Origin: Octopus vulgaris
Taxonomy: Eukaryota
Reading direction: 5' to 3'
DNA length: 64,000 bases
Assembly: GCA_951406725.2 (NCBI GenBank)
Contig: OX597816.1
Coordinates: forward strand, 117,118,001-117,182,000
The position numbers and the translations under genes were made by a program. The notes below the pieces were generated by a model. The model was given only the letters and a program-made list of their open reading frames with translations, was not told where the DNA came from and made no database searches. Shown here piece after piece: positions 15,594 to 29,828 of the stretch (positions are counted from its first letter, which is position 1; every line of letters begins with the position of its first letter).

Positions 15594-15972
15594 TTATATA
15601 AAAATCCATTCTGTCTGTCTGTGTGTGTGTCTTCTAGGATCTTGGGCATCCTCCATCCGATTGTGCTCAAATTTGATATGTAGATACCAACGGTATCAGG
15701 GCATGTATAAGTCTTGAAAAAATTACAAAAAACGATTTCAGGTGAGAATACGATCGATAAAGCCGTGAGAACGTGCATTTGTAAAATCACTTTTCTTGGA
15801 ATAGAAAAAAGTCTATCTTTATTTCTTCTTTTGCTGGTGTCTCAAATTTAGGTTAAATCAGTGTTTCTCAAAGGGGAGGCCAATGAGAGAGTCGGACAAG
15901 TTGTTTTGAGAAAATTTGGTCTTAATGTTTGACAACTCAACACCATCCATTGGGGGGGGGGTATTTTGCTCG
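15594..15972 (+). mobile_element. Non-autonomous Helitron-like element (internally deleted copy)
   Basis: Highly similar to 26737-27434 but lacks about 320 bp of interior. It ends ..tattttgCTCG|T. Confidence 0.65.
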
Positions 15973-16084
15973 TATATATATATGTGTGTGTGTGTACATA
16001 TATATGAATCTCTGTCTAATGTCTAAAATGTTTCAGCTTCAAAGCTGCAGTCATGCTTGGGCACCGCCATTGACTGTGCTATAC

Positions 16085-16442
16085 CATTATTTGAAACCTC
16101 CTCTGATATGTGACATTTGGTAAATGAAGGAATATAATGCCACTGCCCTCATCTGTGTTTCCTGCCAGGAGGTAGGCTCATCTGGAACCCTTCACAGGAA
16201 GAGATCCAGTTTTGTTTTGAAGACACTTACATCCATGCCATGCAGGTCTCTCAGGCATTTTGAAAAGATATTGAAAAGCTCTGGGCCCTCAAAACCCAAG
16301 ATGTTGCAGTATCTGGTCCTGTATTTTGATGGCGATGCTGGGATCTTTGGCACTATAGAGTGGTACCCCATTCTGCAGTTTGAGTAACTTTCAATGCCAA
16401 AGTTTGGTACAATGCCTTCAGGATGTTCCAGATGTATATTAC
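16085..16442 (-). mobile_element. CR1/L2-type LINE 3' end fragment
   Basis: The minus strand translates approximately IYIWNIL..IVPNFGIESYSN..VPKIP..YCNILGFEGPELFNIF..LHGMDVSVFKTKLDLFL..VPDEP, typical of CR1-group ORF2 C-termini. Confidence 0.65.
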
Positions 16443-16467
16443 CGCATAATATATGTAAAATATATAT

Positions 16468-16645
16468 AGGGAGAGTTTACGGAAAAAAACAAAAGACAAA
16501 GACAGGTGGTGCACAAAACAAACAGATGTATTAGTATAACGCTCAGGAATAGAAAAAGTCTTTTACGTTTCGAGCCTAAGCCCTTCTACAGAAAGGGACA
16601 CAGAAAACAAGGAGAGAAAAAAATGTTTGTAGTGGCTAACTTCGA
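16468..16645 (-). mobile_element. Short Penelope-like terminal fragment with hammerhead-like motif
   Basis: Minus strand reads CTTT-CTGTAGA-AGGGCTTAGGCTC-GAAA-CG-TA-AAAG. A homologous copy lies at 26553-26730. Confidence 0.5.
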
Positions 16646-17277
16646 GTATATAATAACAACTTTTTACTGTTTGTCCTAAATTATAGCATATATATATCAT
16701 CATCATCATTATCATCATCATCGTTTAACGTCCGTTTTCCATGCTAGCATGGGTTGGATGGTTCGACTGGGGTCCGGGAAGCCAGACGGCTGCACCAGGC
16801 TCCAGTCTGATCTGGCAGTGTTTCTACAGCTGGATGCCCTTCCTAACTCCAACCACTCCATGAGTGTAGTGGATGCTTTTTACGTGCCACTGGCACAGGG
16901 GCCTGAGGAGGCTGGCAACAGCCACGATCAGTTTGTGCATTTTACATACCACTGGCACAGAATCCAGTCAAGGTGGCACTGGCATCGGCCATGTTTGGAT
17001 GGTGCTTTTTATGTACCACCAGTACAGGTATCACAACTACAATTTCCATTTCACAACTACAATTTCCATATATATTATATATATAGACCTGTTTACTGGA
17101 TGTTGTTATACACCACTGGTCATAATGTTCTTATGGGGAGGGGAAAACCTTAGATACAAAACAGAGGGGGAAATGGAGATGATCTGCTGCAGCATTATCT
17201 GATCTGTTATGTTGGTAGAAGTTGGGATTCAAGAACTAAAAATGTAGTCTAGGCAACTGGAAGTGAGTTTGTATGTG

Positions 17278-18620
<1,343 letters not shown>

Positions 18621-19364
18621 TAAGACAATTTTTTTCATGTTTGTTGCACACACGCATCTTTACTAGTACATACGCAGTGAAGCTATACATTAGCGTCGTA
18701 TTTATTACGAGCAGGTGGTGCTCTTACAGATGAATCCCAACTGGAAAGGATCAACATTACCGGAGGACCTGTTTTTTCTTTATATCACAAATTAAGGCAG
18801 TAAATTCAAGGAAATTTGTTCGTGAGGCACTTCTTACCTTAGGAAAATTAAGCATGGAAACATTGGTTCATCACATCTGATAAGTGTTGTAGTGAAGTTC
18901 CAGGAAGCAAATCAAATTTAAACTATATTTCTGAAGCCTTAAACGTGTATCGGTGGAGTAGGGTATTGAAAGGTCACTTTAGCTTTTTTAAAACGTAATT
19001 ATGTATGAAACTAACGTAGTTTTAAACTATTCAAAGTAAAGTATTTAGGTACGTAGGTGTTTTTTGACAATGTTCAGTAAGTTAATCAGGTAGTCGCCCT
19101 TTACCAAAGTACTTATGTTTTAAGTTTGATATTTATTGTGTCAGTCTGTTTTTACCTACGTTCTGAGTTCAAATTGCGCCGAGGTCTGCTTTGCCTTTCA
19201 TCCTTTCGGAGTCGATAAAATAAGTACCATTTGATTACTGGGGTCGATGTTATCGATTTAATCCCTCTCCGAAATTGCAGAACCTTGAACCAAAATTTGA
19301 AACCAGTATTATCAAGTGCATTTAAAGTTCATGCGAAACTGTTGGTAACATATATATTAGGCAC

Positions 19365-19630
19365 GTGGCACTTTCGGCAAGTGTCTTCTACTATAGCCTC
19401 GAGCCGACCAAAGCCTTGTGAGTAGATTTGGTAGACGGAAACTGAAAGAAGCCCGTCATGTGTGTGTGCACCATCACTTGACAAACGTCCCCGTAACTTG
19501 GCGGTTTGGGAATAGAGACCGATAGAAAAGTACTAGGCTTACAAAGAATAAGTCCTGGGATCGATTTGTTCAACTAAAGGCAGTGCTCCAGCATGGCCGC
19601 AGTCAAATGACTGAAACCAATAAAAGAATA
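19365..19630 (+). mobile_element. Bipartite tRNA-derived SINE with internal microsatellite
   Basis: gtggcactttcggcaagtgtcttctactatagcc..gacggaaactgaaagaagcccg-(TG)n-..gctccagcatggccgcagtcaaatgactgaaac. The same family occurs at 26155-26540 (-), 47363-48100 (+) and about 53900-54240. Confidence 0.75.
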
Positions 19631-19811
19631 TATATGTGTGGGGGGTGTATACTTACATTCACACACTCATACACATATATACATAGACATAAGCATATCC
19701 ACACATACACATATACCCACACATGCATGCATATTAAAATTAAGATGTGCACTTCTCAAGATATGTATATCGCTATTCATATACATACATACAGGTACTA
19801 CACACATACAT

Positions 19812-19871
<60 letters not shown>

Positions 19872-20298
19872 GCACGCACACTCTCTTTCTCTCTCTCACG
19901 CTCACACGTGCACATATATGTACACAGTAACACACACACACACACACAAATCAACTCACATAAGCAATCAAATAAAAATACAAACCTAAGAACTAGCAGC
20001 AACAACAACAGCTACAACTATAAAAATCCGCCAAAAAACAAAGTGCTGCTAATTAAGTAGACAAAGAACTAAAAACACATCACACTATTCTTCCTATTGA
20101 ATGATATCAAAGAAGAATGTGGTCCTGGCTTTTGACAAAAGTTATTTACACAGACCAAAGCCTTTAAGGTACATCACCAACTGAATGACAGCAAATTAGC
20201 TTTAAGTTACTCATTATGGTGATGGATTTAACTAAACTCACCTATACGCGTATAAATATATACATACATACGAACATATAATATATATACATACATAC

Positions 20299-20329
<31 letters not shown>

Positions 20330-21789
20330 TTCATACATGAATATATACATAGATAATCACATTCGTAAACGTATACATTCATACGCTCCTCGTATACATA
20401 GGTGCACACAAATGTACAAATTAATCATATGTACGTACAATATTACTCACACATTATGCTACCGTGTAATGATGAACATCACAACACAACAAAGACATCT
20501 TGCAAACATATAAACGCATTCGTGCACCCATCGTGCAAACGCACACACGCATACATACACATATATGTGTGTGTAAAGATATATATACATGTATGTATGT
20601 ATGTATGTGTATATATATATATACATATACATGTATATATGTATGTGCGTGTGAGTGTATTCATATATGTGTGTGTTATTCATATATGTGTGTGTATAGA
20701 TAGAGATACATACATACATACACACATACATGCATGTCATGCATATAAACATATTTTGTGCACTCACATTCACGTACACACCACAGAGCATGTATGCACG
20801 TACATTATGCATGCACAATTTGCATACATATATTATACACACACCTACATGAATGCATACACACATATATTCACATATACGTACACACACTGCACACATG
20901 CATATAAGACCACCACCAGTTTTCTCGGATTTGGGGTTATAAACTAACACACACACAGGCATATCATATCACACACATACACACCGTATAACCTCACACT
21001 CACATATACACACACACTACATGCACCACTGGTGCACACTGAAACACACTGGCACATACATTCACACATGCATGCGTGTACGCACATACACAAACATAAG
21101 CGCATGCACACACACATACACACAAGCATAGATATACAAATACATGCACACACATGTACACGTAGACATACACGCAAGCAGAAAAACGTGAATATATATA
21201 TACACTCATATACGACACACATACACACCACATGCACTCCCACTCACAACACACACACACATACTCACACGTTCACGTGCTCGCACAGAAATATATAGAC
21301 ACATGCACCATACTTGAACACACTCACACATATGCGTGCACACTTAAACACACACATATTTGCACATACTTATATATACTCATACACACTCACACTACAT
21401 GTATGCACTCACATATATACGTAGCATATGTGCACGTACATACACGCGCGCGCACGCACTTATACACATACTTAAGAATAAAGTAAGCAAATGGATCCAC
21501 ATCGGTTTCGTGATGCATATTCGATTGTTCAATCAGCTGAACTACAAACTCGTTGAATATTGCAAGAACCATTGTGACACCCTATGTGGAAAAGCTGAAC
21601 CAGAGAATTACGGGTACAATCCACCCGATGGACATCTTTACTGTTTCAATTCTACTCACAAAGCTTTGATTAACCATGAGTTACGCTAAAATGCTAAAAT
21701 GTCCAAGATGCTAGACAGTCGGATTGAAACCGGGACCTCGTAATTGCAAAGCAAAGGCTACATTCACACACACATACACACACTAATTC

Positions 21790-22270
21790 TGTACTAAGAC
21801 AGTCGTGTGACAATCCAGGAAATTGCTCATGTAGTGGGAATACGCACTGGATCAGTGCATTCCATCTTAACGAAGAATTTGTGCAAACGGAGAGTGTCGG
21901 CGAAATTCGTCCCTAAAGTGCCGGCAGATCAGCAGAAGCAATCCGTACGGAAATCGCTCAGGACATGTTGTACTGTGCAAACCACGGCCCAGATTTCATA
22001 AGGAGGATCATCACTAGAGATAAGACATGGGGTTATGGTTCTTGATCAATGCATTCGGTCACCTTGCGTGAAAACGAAAGTCCGACAAAAACGCACAATA
22101 GGTTTATGTCCTGGGCGTAACAGCCGGGAACTGACGTGACCTACCGGCGCAAAAGTTTTCACGCATGCGTAAGGAGAGTGGTATTATCTCCCACCGAAAG
22201 GATTTTCCCCACGTGGAATTAGTTTTGGCGGGGAAAAATAAAGTTTGATACATTTTGAACGCACCTTGTA
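21790..22270 (+). mobile_element. Mariner transposase fragment with 3' TIR
   Basis: RVTIQEIAHVVGIRTGSVHSILTKNLCKRRVSAKFVPK..RRIITRDKTW covers the HTH, the WVPH-equivalent linker and the first catalytic Asp. It ends gatacattttgaacgcaccttgTA. Confidence 0.8.
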
Positions 22271-22303
22271 TGTGTGTCTATGTACGCATCCGGAAATATC
22301 AAA

Positions 22304-22392
<89 letters not shown>

Positions 22393-22560
22393 TATTTGTA
22401 TATGTGTGTATGCGTGTACGTATGTATGCTTTGGTGGGTGAACGAAGTATCTTCGGTTGTGGGCATATCTGAATATGTGTATGCAGGTGTATATGTGTGT
22501 ATGTTTGTAAGAGTATACAAGGGATATATACATGTGTATACATGTATATATGCGTATTTA

Positions 22561-22884
22561 AAGGAGCACTCCGTCGGTTACGATGACGAGGGTCCCAGCT
22601 GATACGATCAACAGAACAGCTTGCTCGTGAAATTAACGTGCAAGTGGCTGAGATTTCCACAGACACGTGAGCCCTTAACGTAGTTCTCAGGGAGATTCAG
22701 CGTGACACAGAGTGTGATAAGGCTAGGCCTTTGAAACACATATACTTCTCACTTTTGCCAGCTGAGTGGACTGGAGCAATGTGAAATAAAGTGTCTTGCT
22801 GAAGGTCACAGCGCGTCGCCGGGAATTGAACTCACGACTTTACGATCGTAAGCCGAATGCCCCTAACCACTAAGCCACGCGCCT
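22561..22884 (-). mobile_element. Near full-length tRNA-derived SINE
   Basis: Minus strand GGCGCGTGGCTTAGTGG (A box)..GAGTTCAATTCCC (B box), followed by gcaagacactttatttcacattgctccagtccactcagctgg. Confidence 0.8.
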
Positions 22885-22896
22885 TCACTATATTCG

Positions 22897-22928
<32 letters not shown>

Positions 22929-23010
22929 TGTATGTATGTATGTATGTATGTATGTATGTGTGTATGTATGTATGTATGTATGTGTGTATATATGTATGCG
23001 TGTATGTATG

Positions 23011-23159
23011 TACGAGGGGGTGCTGAAAAGTTCCGAATTCTTTTACAGGGTTCAGAAAATCTGAAGGACCGCTGCAATAAATGTGTGAATAAAATCATAA
23101 TTAAATGATCCTCCTGTATTTTCTTTTGCCCAATGCCAGGAACTTTTCAGCACCCCCTC

Positions 23160-23162
<3 letters not shown>
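23011..23162. mobile_element. Tc1/mariner-derived MITE inserted in (TATG)n
   Basis: TA-cgagggggtgctgaaaagttcc ... ggaacttttcagcaccccctca-TA. Confidence 0.85.
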
Positions 23163-23190
<28 letters not shown>

Positions 23191-23729
23191 TGTATGTATG
23201 TATGTATGTATGTATGTATGTATGCATGCATGCATGTATGTGAGAAGAGTATATGAGTACGCATGTGTGAATAGGTGTATAAGTATGTACATGTGTGTGT
23301 GCCTTGTTTTTACCCCTCTGCAAAGGAATTTTATTTAATTCTTTCGCAGGAAGCACTAGTTTGACGAGGGGTGTTCTGTCCTCACCTTCGAAACACGCTG
23401 GAGTTGAACTAGGGACAGCTGATGAAGGGGATTTTTCCTTGTGTAGTTGTCTTGTACTCTGTTTTTTCGTTGATAAAAAAATGGTCCGTTCTATGGTGTT
23501 TTTACGTTTTCGTTTCTCGTTGAGTTCTACGTCTATTTGTGGTGTCCTGTACACACGTATATATATTTATATATGCATGTATATATATATGTAGATATAG
23601 GTACGTACATATATGTTTGTATGTATGCATATATTTTATTTATTACACTATTGTATGACTGAGCGCCTTCGCATCGATTCGATTCGTTTGGTTTCGTTTC
23701 GTTTCGTTTCTTCTTCTTCTCTAAGCTGG

Positions 23730-23784
<55 letters not shown>

Positions 23785-24726
23785 GTATGTGTGTTTATGT
23801 GTTAGTGTCTCCTCAATTGTGGGCAGAGCAGAGATTGTATGTACGTGTGTGTATGCGCAAGCATGTACGTACAGACGGACGGACGGACGGATGGATGGAT
23901 TTTTGTATTTGCGTTTGTGTGTTACCGTTTCCTTATTATAGATTATCATTAATACCCCTTCATTTATATCAAGACAATTTTTTCCGTTCTGCTTATTTTT
24001 TTAAATAATTATCACCTATTTTCTAGTATTGTTGTTGTTTTTAGCGTTCTTGTTGTTGTTAATGTTGACGTTGTTGCTGTTTTTTATAGCTGTTTCCATA
24101 TTAACCAATTGTATTCTGTCTCTGGATAATGGTTTCTATTCCATATGAATTGATTTGTCAATTCAATCAAAATTTTCTTAAAATACCAATTCTAAAAGAG
24201 CAACAATTGCATCTCTGGAACTTTGAATCAGTAACTGCATTTTATCTACCAAAATGATATTACCAATACACTCACAAACATGTACACATACGTATATTCA
24301 CACTTCTCCATGTGACGATGTAAACGACTAAAGGTTATTGGACCTGAGGATTAGCTAAAAGGTTTTTGTATGTGTTACGAGTTATATAAGACGAAGTTTA
24401 GCAACGAAACATATGTAGACTTATTTACCTTTTCCATTACTTATATTCTTTTTACTCGCATATTTAACAATTTCCGATGCTACTGCGCTAGTTCGATATG
24501 GGACGAAGCGTAAAACATACACCAGTTATTTTTACCATATATGCATGAAAATACGCACATAAAGCAAAACATACAAATCTGCACATATGCATGCATACAT
24601 GCATACTTATATACATTCAGACAGACAGACAGATAGACATGCAGACAAACAAGAAGAAGTATGTAGCGTTATGTGTGTGTGTGTGCATATACATACATAT
24701 ATATATGCACACATACACGCGCGCAT

Positions 24727-25100
24727 ACACTTCCTCTGAGGAAGGAGATGGTTTCTGACAAAGACACAAAGCTCCGTCGCTGGACTGTAGATAACAGAAA
24801 CAATGCAACATTTAAAACTTGAAAAAAGTCTTGCATATTTTACTATTCCACTTACAAATTGCATTTGTTATGTGCGAGTTGATTTCCTTTTCTGAAAACC
24901 CAAGCTTACATAGATTGTCGCCTAAGAACGTATGCCAATTATCATTGGCATAAATGTGAATTTATAACCTGGACTTAGAAGCTGGAGGTTTCGATGCAGT
25001 TGTCCATATTTATCGTCTTTTTCTTTGATTTTCAAAGACATATTCACATCAGTAAGACAGCTGGCTTCTAAGACGCTGCATACTTCTTGTTTGTCTGCAT
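24727..25100 (-). mobile_element. R4-like RLE retrotransposon 3' fragment (second subfamily)
   Basis: CSVLEASCLTDVNMSLKIKEKDDKYGQLHRNLQLLSPGYKFTFMPMIIG..KLGFS..KICKTFFKF, homologous to the adjacent element. Confidence 0.7.
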
Positions 25101-25184
25101 GTCTATGTATGTATGTGTATGTATGTATGTATGTATGTATGTATGTATGTATGTATGTATGTATGTATGTATGTATGTATGCAT

Positions 25185-25867
25185 GCATGTATATGTGCAG
25201 ATTTGCACATTTTGCTTTACGTACGTATTCTCATGCATATAGCTGCATATCTAGACATGCTCATATATATTTAAATGATAAACTTCTGGAAAGTTATACA
25301 GATTTTTACAGTTCCAGTAATGGACTGGATCCTTCGTATTAGCTTTCTCCTTTCTGATCTTGAGAAACCTAATTTCTCAAAATTAGTATTTAGGCATTGT
25401 GTAACATATCCCAGGGTACCAGTAATTACAAGTATAAACCTGAATTTGTAATCTGGATAGAGTACCTGCAGATTTCTCAATAGTTCAGCATAGTTGTTCT
25501 CTCTTTCACTGATCTTCAGCTTTATGTTAACATCCGCTGGGCGGCTAATTTCCACAACTTTGCAGTTTTTCTTCTCTATGCCAAATCATTATATCAGATC
25601 TGTTGTGCTTACATTTTATTAAGGTCTTCACTGGTGCATTCCACCAGTATTCCTTGTTATTATGTGTGGCTATGGCTTCTACCATATTGTGGGTTCTTAT
25701 TTCTTTGTCCTCAGAATTATCCTTCCGACGGATTTCATTATCGAGTGCCCTAGCTACAATATCATGTTTTATCGGTAGATAATACCATGTTGACATTTCC
25801 GGGCAACTGCTTATGATGTGCGTGATATCTTCAGCGTGAATTCCACAAAGTCAGCATCGGTTGTCGA
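25185..25867 (-). mobile_element. 5'-truncated R4-like RLE retrotransposon flanked by (TATG)n
   Basis: CCHC knuckle C*LCGIHAEDITHIISSC, then KHD, WWNAPVKT..HNRSDIMIW, EISRPAD..ERENNY..GTLG. Contains stops and a frameshift. Confidence 0.8.
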
Positions 25868-26736
25868 ATGTATGTATGTATGTATGTATGTATGTATGTA
25901 TGTATGTATGTATGTATGTATGTATGTATACATGATGCTTTACAGTATTTAGTATCGCTTTATAGTATATAGTATCGCAAAATAAAGTGACTATAACAAT
26001 ACCAGTCTCTATCATGACACTGAATTTCTACGTCTCTGAAATTTTCTTTGCAAGGGACATGACTCTTGCTAATTATTAGCCGTTCAAGGGAAAGTACTGC
26101 AAGAAAAGCTTCTGAGATCAGCCAACTTCATTGGTATAATATAATACGTAATATATACTCTTTACTTGTTTCAGTCATTTGACTGTGGCCATGCTGGAGC
26201 ACCGCCTTTAGTCGAGCAAATCGACCCCAGGGCTTATTCTTTGTAGGCCTAGTATTTATTCTGTCGGTCTCTTTTGCCGAACCGCTAAGTTACGGGGACG
26301 TAAACACACCAGTATCGGTTGTCAAGCGATGTTGTTGGGGGACAAACACAGACACACTAACATATACACACACATGCATATATATACATACATATACATA
26401 TATACGACGGGCTTCTTTCAGTTTCCGTCAAGGCTTTGGTCGGCCCGAGGCTATAGTAGAAGACACTTGCCCAAGGTGCCACGCAGTGGGACTGAGCCCA
26501 GAACCATGTGGTTCATAAGCAAGCTACTTACCACACAGTCGGTGTATATATAGTTGAAATTTACAGAAAAACAAAAGATGAAGACAGGTGTATAAGAAAC
26601 AAACGGGTATATTAGTTTAACGCTCGGGAAGGTGAGAAAGTATTCTACGTTTCGAGCCTACGCTCTTCAAGAGAAAGGAACACGAGGAAGTAAACAGAGA
26701 ATAAAAAAACTTTTGGAGCTAGCGGTCAGTCATACA

Positions 26737-27434
26737 TCTATTATATAAAATTTGTTCTGTCTGTGTGTGTGTGTGTCTTCTAGGATCTCGGGCATCCTCC
26801 ATCCGATGGTGCTCAAATTTGATATATAGATACCGACGGTATCAGGGCGTGTATAAGTCTTGAAAAAATTACGAAAATCGATTCCAGGTGAGAATGTGCT
26901 CGATAAAGCCGTGGGAACGTGCATTTACATTTACGTGCGCAAGTACATCAGCTGTTGCGATCGATACTACGCGTTCGCGAGAAAAATGCACGTGCAGTTT
27001 GCGCAAAAAAATCCTCATGCCTTTCCATCTAGATTTACCTCCAGCTAACCCATTTGCATGCATCGTTTTTGTCCTGCTTTCCTTCCGTCAACCTGTACAT
27101 AACTGCACCTTCCATTTTTTGTTGTTTTTGTACTGTTTCTTTCCTGTCAAGCTTACTGTTTAAACCATATGTTTGTGTTCTCCCAGTCAACAGCCTTATC
27201 ATTACTGGTACTTTAAACTCTTCGGTTGCATATTTGTGTGAATAAAATCGTTTTTCTTTGAAATAGAAAAAAAGTCTATCTTTATTTCTTCTTTTGTTGG
27301 TGTCTCAAATTTAGGTTAAATCAGTGTTTCTCAAAGGGGAGTCCTATGGGACAGTCGGACAAGTTGTTTTGAGAAAATTTGGTTTAAATGTTTGACAACT
27401 CAGCACCGTCCATTGTACTGGGGTGTTTTGCTCG
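26737..27434 (+). mobile_element. Non-autonomous Helitron-like element
   Basis: A|TCTATTATATAAAA 5' end, subterminal hairpin cacc..cca-ttgtac-tgg-ggtg, and CTCG|T 3' end. No TSD is seen. Confidence 0.65.
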
Positions 27435-27497
<63 letters not shown>

Positions 27498-27499
<2 letters not shown>

Positions 27500-29828
27500 C
27501 AGGTCGCTCTTGAGTGCTACTGATACCATGTAGTCCAGTACAACCTGTTCCATCATCGGGTCGCTGGCGACTAAGCTGGCAACCCCACCAGGCCTGCTTG
27601 GTGAGGTGGGTACTTGTTGAACACCCTGCGGGACAAAAGATAAGACCTGTCAAAGGGCGGAGGAACTACAACATAGTCAACGACCATTCAACTACGTGTG
27701 TTTGTGGAGTGTTTGTTCGCGTGCTGTATATATTGCACTTTTAAACTCTGTGTGTGTGTATTGCATTTTTAAACTCTGTGTGTGTGCGTATTGTATATAT
27801 TGTATTTCAGTATATATGTGTGCCTATAGTATATTGTGTTCTTAAATTGTATATATATTGTATGGCGGTTTAGCTACTAAGCCCGGCAGAACTGGAGAAG
27901 GAGCAAAGGCGGGTATCTGGCGCCTCAAAAGTTGCTTCGGGCAGGTGGAGCTCGTCAACCCGGGAGGGCAGCCCACCGGGGGGAAGGGAAACCCTGATTT
28001 CAAACCTCTGCCGTCTTGCAGGTTACCTGATCACAGGAAAGGCTTCAGGAGCAAACCTCGAGGAAAAATCAGGAGTTGGATCCCCTAAGGCAGCTCGATG
28101 TTGACTTCAACTTCGTTCTGGAAGCTCCTGCGACCACGTTGGCACCAAACTGTAGCAGACCGTTGTTCCTTTTGATTCGTCAGTGAGGTGGAGAAGGGAG
28201 ACAAGTTGCATGGGCAACAACCTGCTCTCCATTCTCCATTGCCCAGGCTCACATCCGTCTACGCCATAATTAAACATGCACACCTGCACCTGGAGAGGAC
28301 ACTCCAGCTTTGCCATTTATTTGGTGTCGACACAACACGGAAAGCAGCAGATACCGGTTATAAGCCTTCACTCAATTGGCGTAGGGTGCGGCATCAGGGG
28401 TTATTTCCGACGGTGGAAGAGATCTTCGAGTCTCATTGGACAGCTACCGCCCGCCTCAAGTTAGGCAGACCCCAGCCAGTAAGGTGTTGTCCCACCACGG
28501 CCTGCTTTCCTCATTTGGGTGCATGGAGATTAGGAGAATATCCGACAAGCATATTGTCAACTACAGCACCAGGCAAAAGCAGAGAAGCTATCAAAAAGAG
28601 ACCAGCTCTAAAACTGAGATGCTGGAATGTCCGGACAATGATGCCTGGCCTCTCCCAGGAACTTCAAGACATCAGTGACGTCAGGAAAACAGCACTCATC
28701 AACGAGGTGTTCAAGAGACTGAACGTCAATATCGCTGCTCTGCAAGAAACACGGTTAGCCGATGCAAGCACACTGAGGAAGAGCGACTACACATTCCTCT
28801 GGAAAGAGAAGAGCTCTGATGAGCCCAGAGAACATGGAGCAGGCTTTGCAATAAAGAACAGCTTGCTGAGGATGGTAGAACCAGGCATTGGCGGCTCCGA
28901 GCGACTCCTAACTCTCCGCCTCAACACTACTGAAGGCCCCGTCACCCTCCTAAGTATGTATGCCCTGACAATGTCCACCACCCGGATGCCAAGGAGTTCT
29001 ACGAGAACCTTGCATCCACTATCAAGAGCATCCCCATTAGCGAACAACTTGTTCTCCTGGGCGACCTCAATACTGTGGGTGCTGACAACAACTCGTGGAC
29101 CTCTTGCCTCGGTCCATTCGGGGTGGGGAAGTCGAATGAGAACGGACAGCGACTGCTCGAGCTCTGCACCTTTCACGGCCTGTTCATCACCAACTCCGTC
29201 TTCAAGACCAAGCCCCAACACAAAGTGTCTTGGAGACATCCACGCTCAAAGCAGTGGCACTAACTGGACCTGGTCCTGGTCGGACGTGCCGCATCAAGTG
29301 TGTTCTCCATACGCGGTCTTACCACAGCGCAAACTGCGACACAGACCACTCCTTGGTGTGCTGCAAGATCAGGCTACAACCCAAAAAGTTCCACTGTGCA
29401 AAGAAACCGGGGACCCCCACACAACGATGTCAACAGGATGTCTCAGCTCAACCTTGTAGAACAGTTTGCAGAGGCTTTTGAGGAGGAGTATGATGCAACA
29501 CAGTCCAGAGATACTGCCACAGAAAGATGGGAAACTCTGCGGGACACAGTCCATCGCGCAGCCTCGTCTATCTTCGGAAAGACCTCAAAGTCACATGACT
29601 GGTTTGAAGCCAAGTTGCTTGAGATGACCCCCTGTAATTGAGGCCAAACGAGGCGCACTGGCGGACTACAAGCGGTCACCCACTGAGAGGAACCTGCAGA
29701 TTCTAAGGACTGCCAGGAGCAAGGTCCAGCACACCACCAGGCGTTGCGCCATTGAGTACTGGACAGAGCTTAGTGAGTCGATCTATATGGCCACCGCAAC
29801 TGGCAACATCAGAGGGATGTACGATGGG
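27498..29828 (+). mobile_element. RTE-clade LINE, 5' UTR plus frameshifted APE endonuclease region, 3' truncated
   Basis: CWNVRTM..NIAALQETR..EHGAGFAI..GPFGVGKSNENGQRLLELC..VSWRHPRSKQWH..DTDHSLV..SHDWFE, spread across several frames. The block is GC-rich compared with its flanks. Confidence 0.88.

Noticed and set aside
22800-22884. tRNA gene-like A/B boxes (also 47082-47150 and 47363-47435)
   Set aside because: These are heads of multi-copy SINEs that continue into SINE bodies. No complete cloverleaf could be assigned.
24735-24810. CTGAGGA...GAAAC as another hammerhead
   Set aside because: No convincing stems I and III, and it is antisense to the 3' UTR of an R4-like element.
28188-29459. 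423-aa ORF as an intact gene
   Set aside because: Only the middle part matches the RTE endonuclease. The homology continues in other frames, so this is a frameshifted LINE copy.
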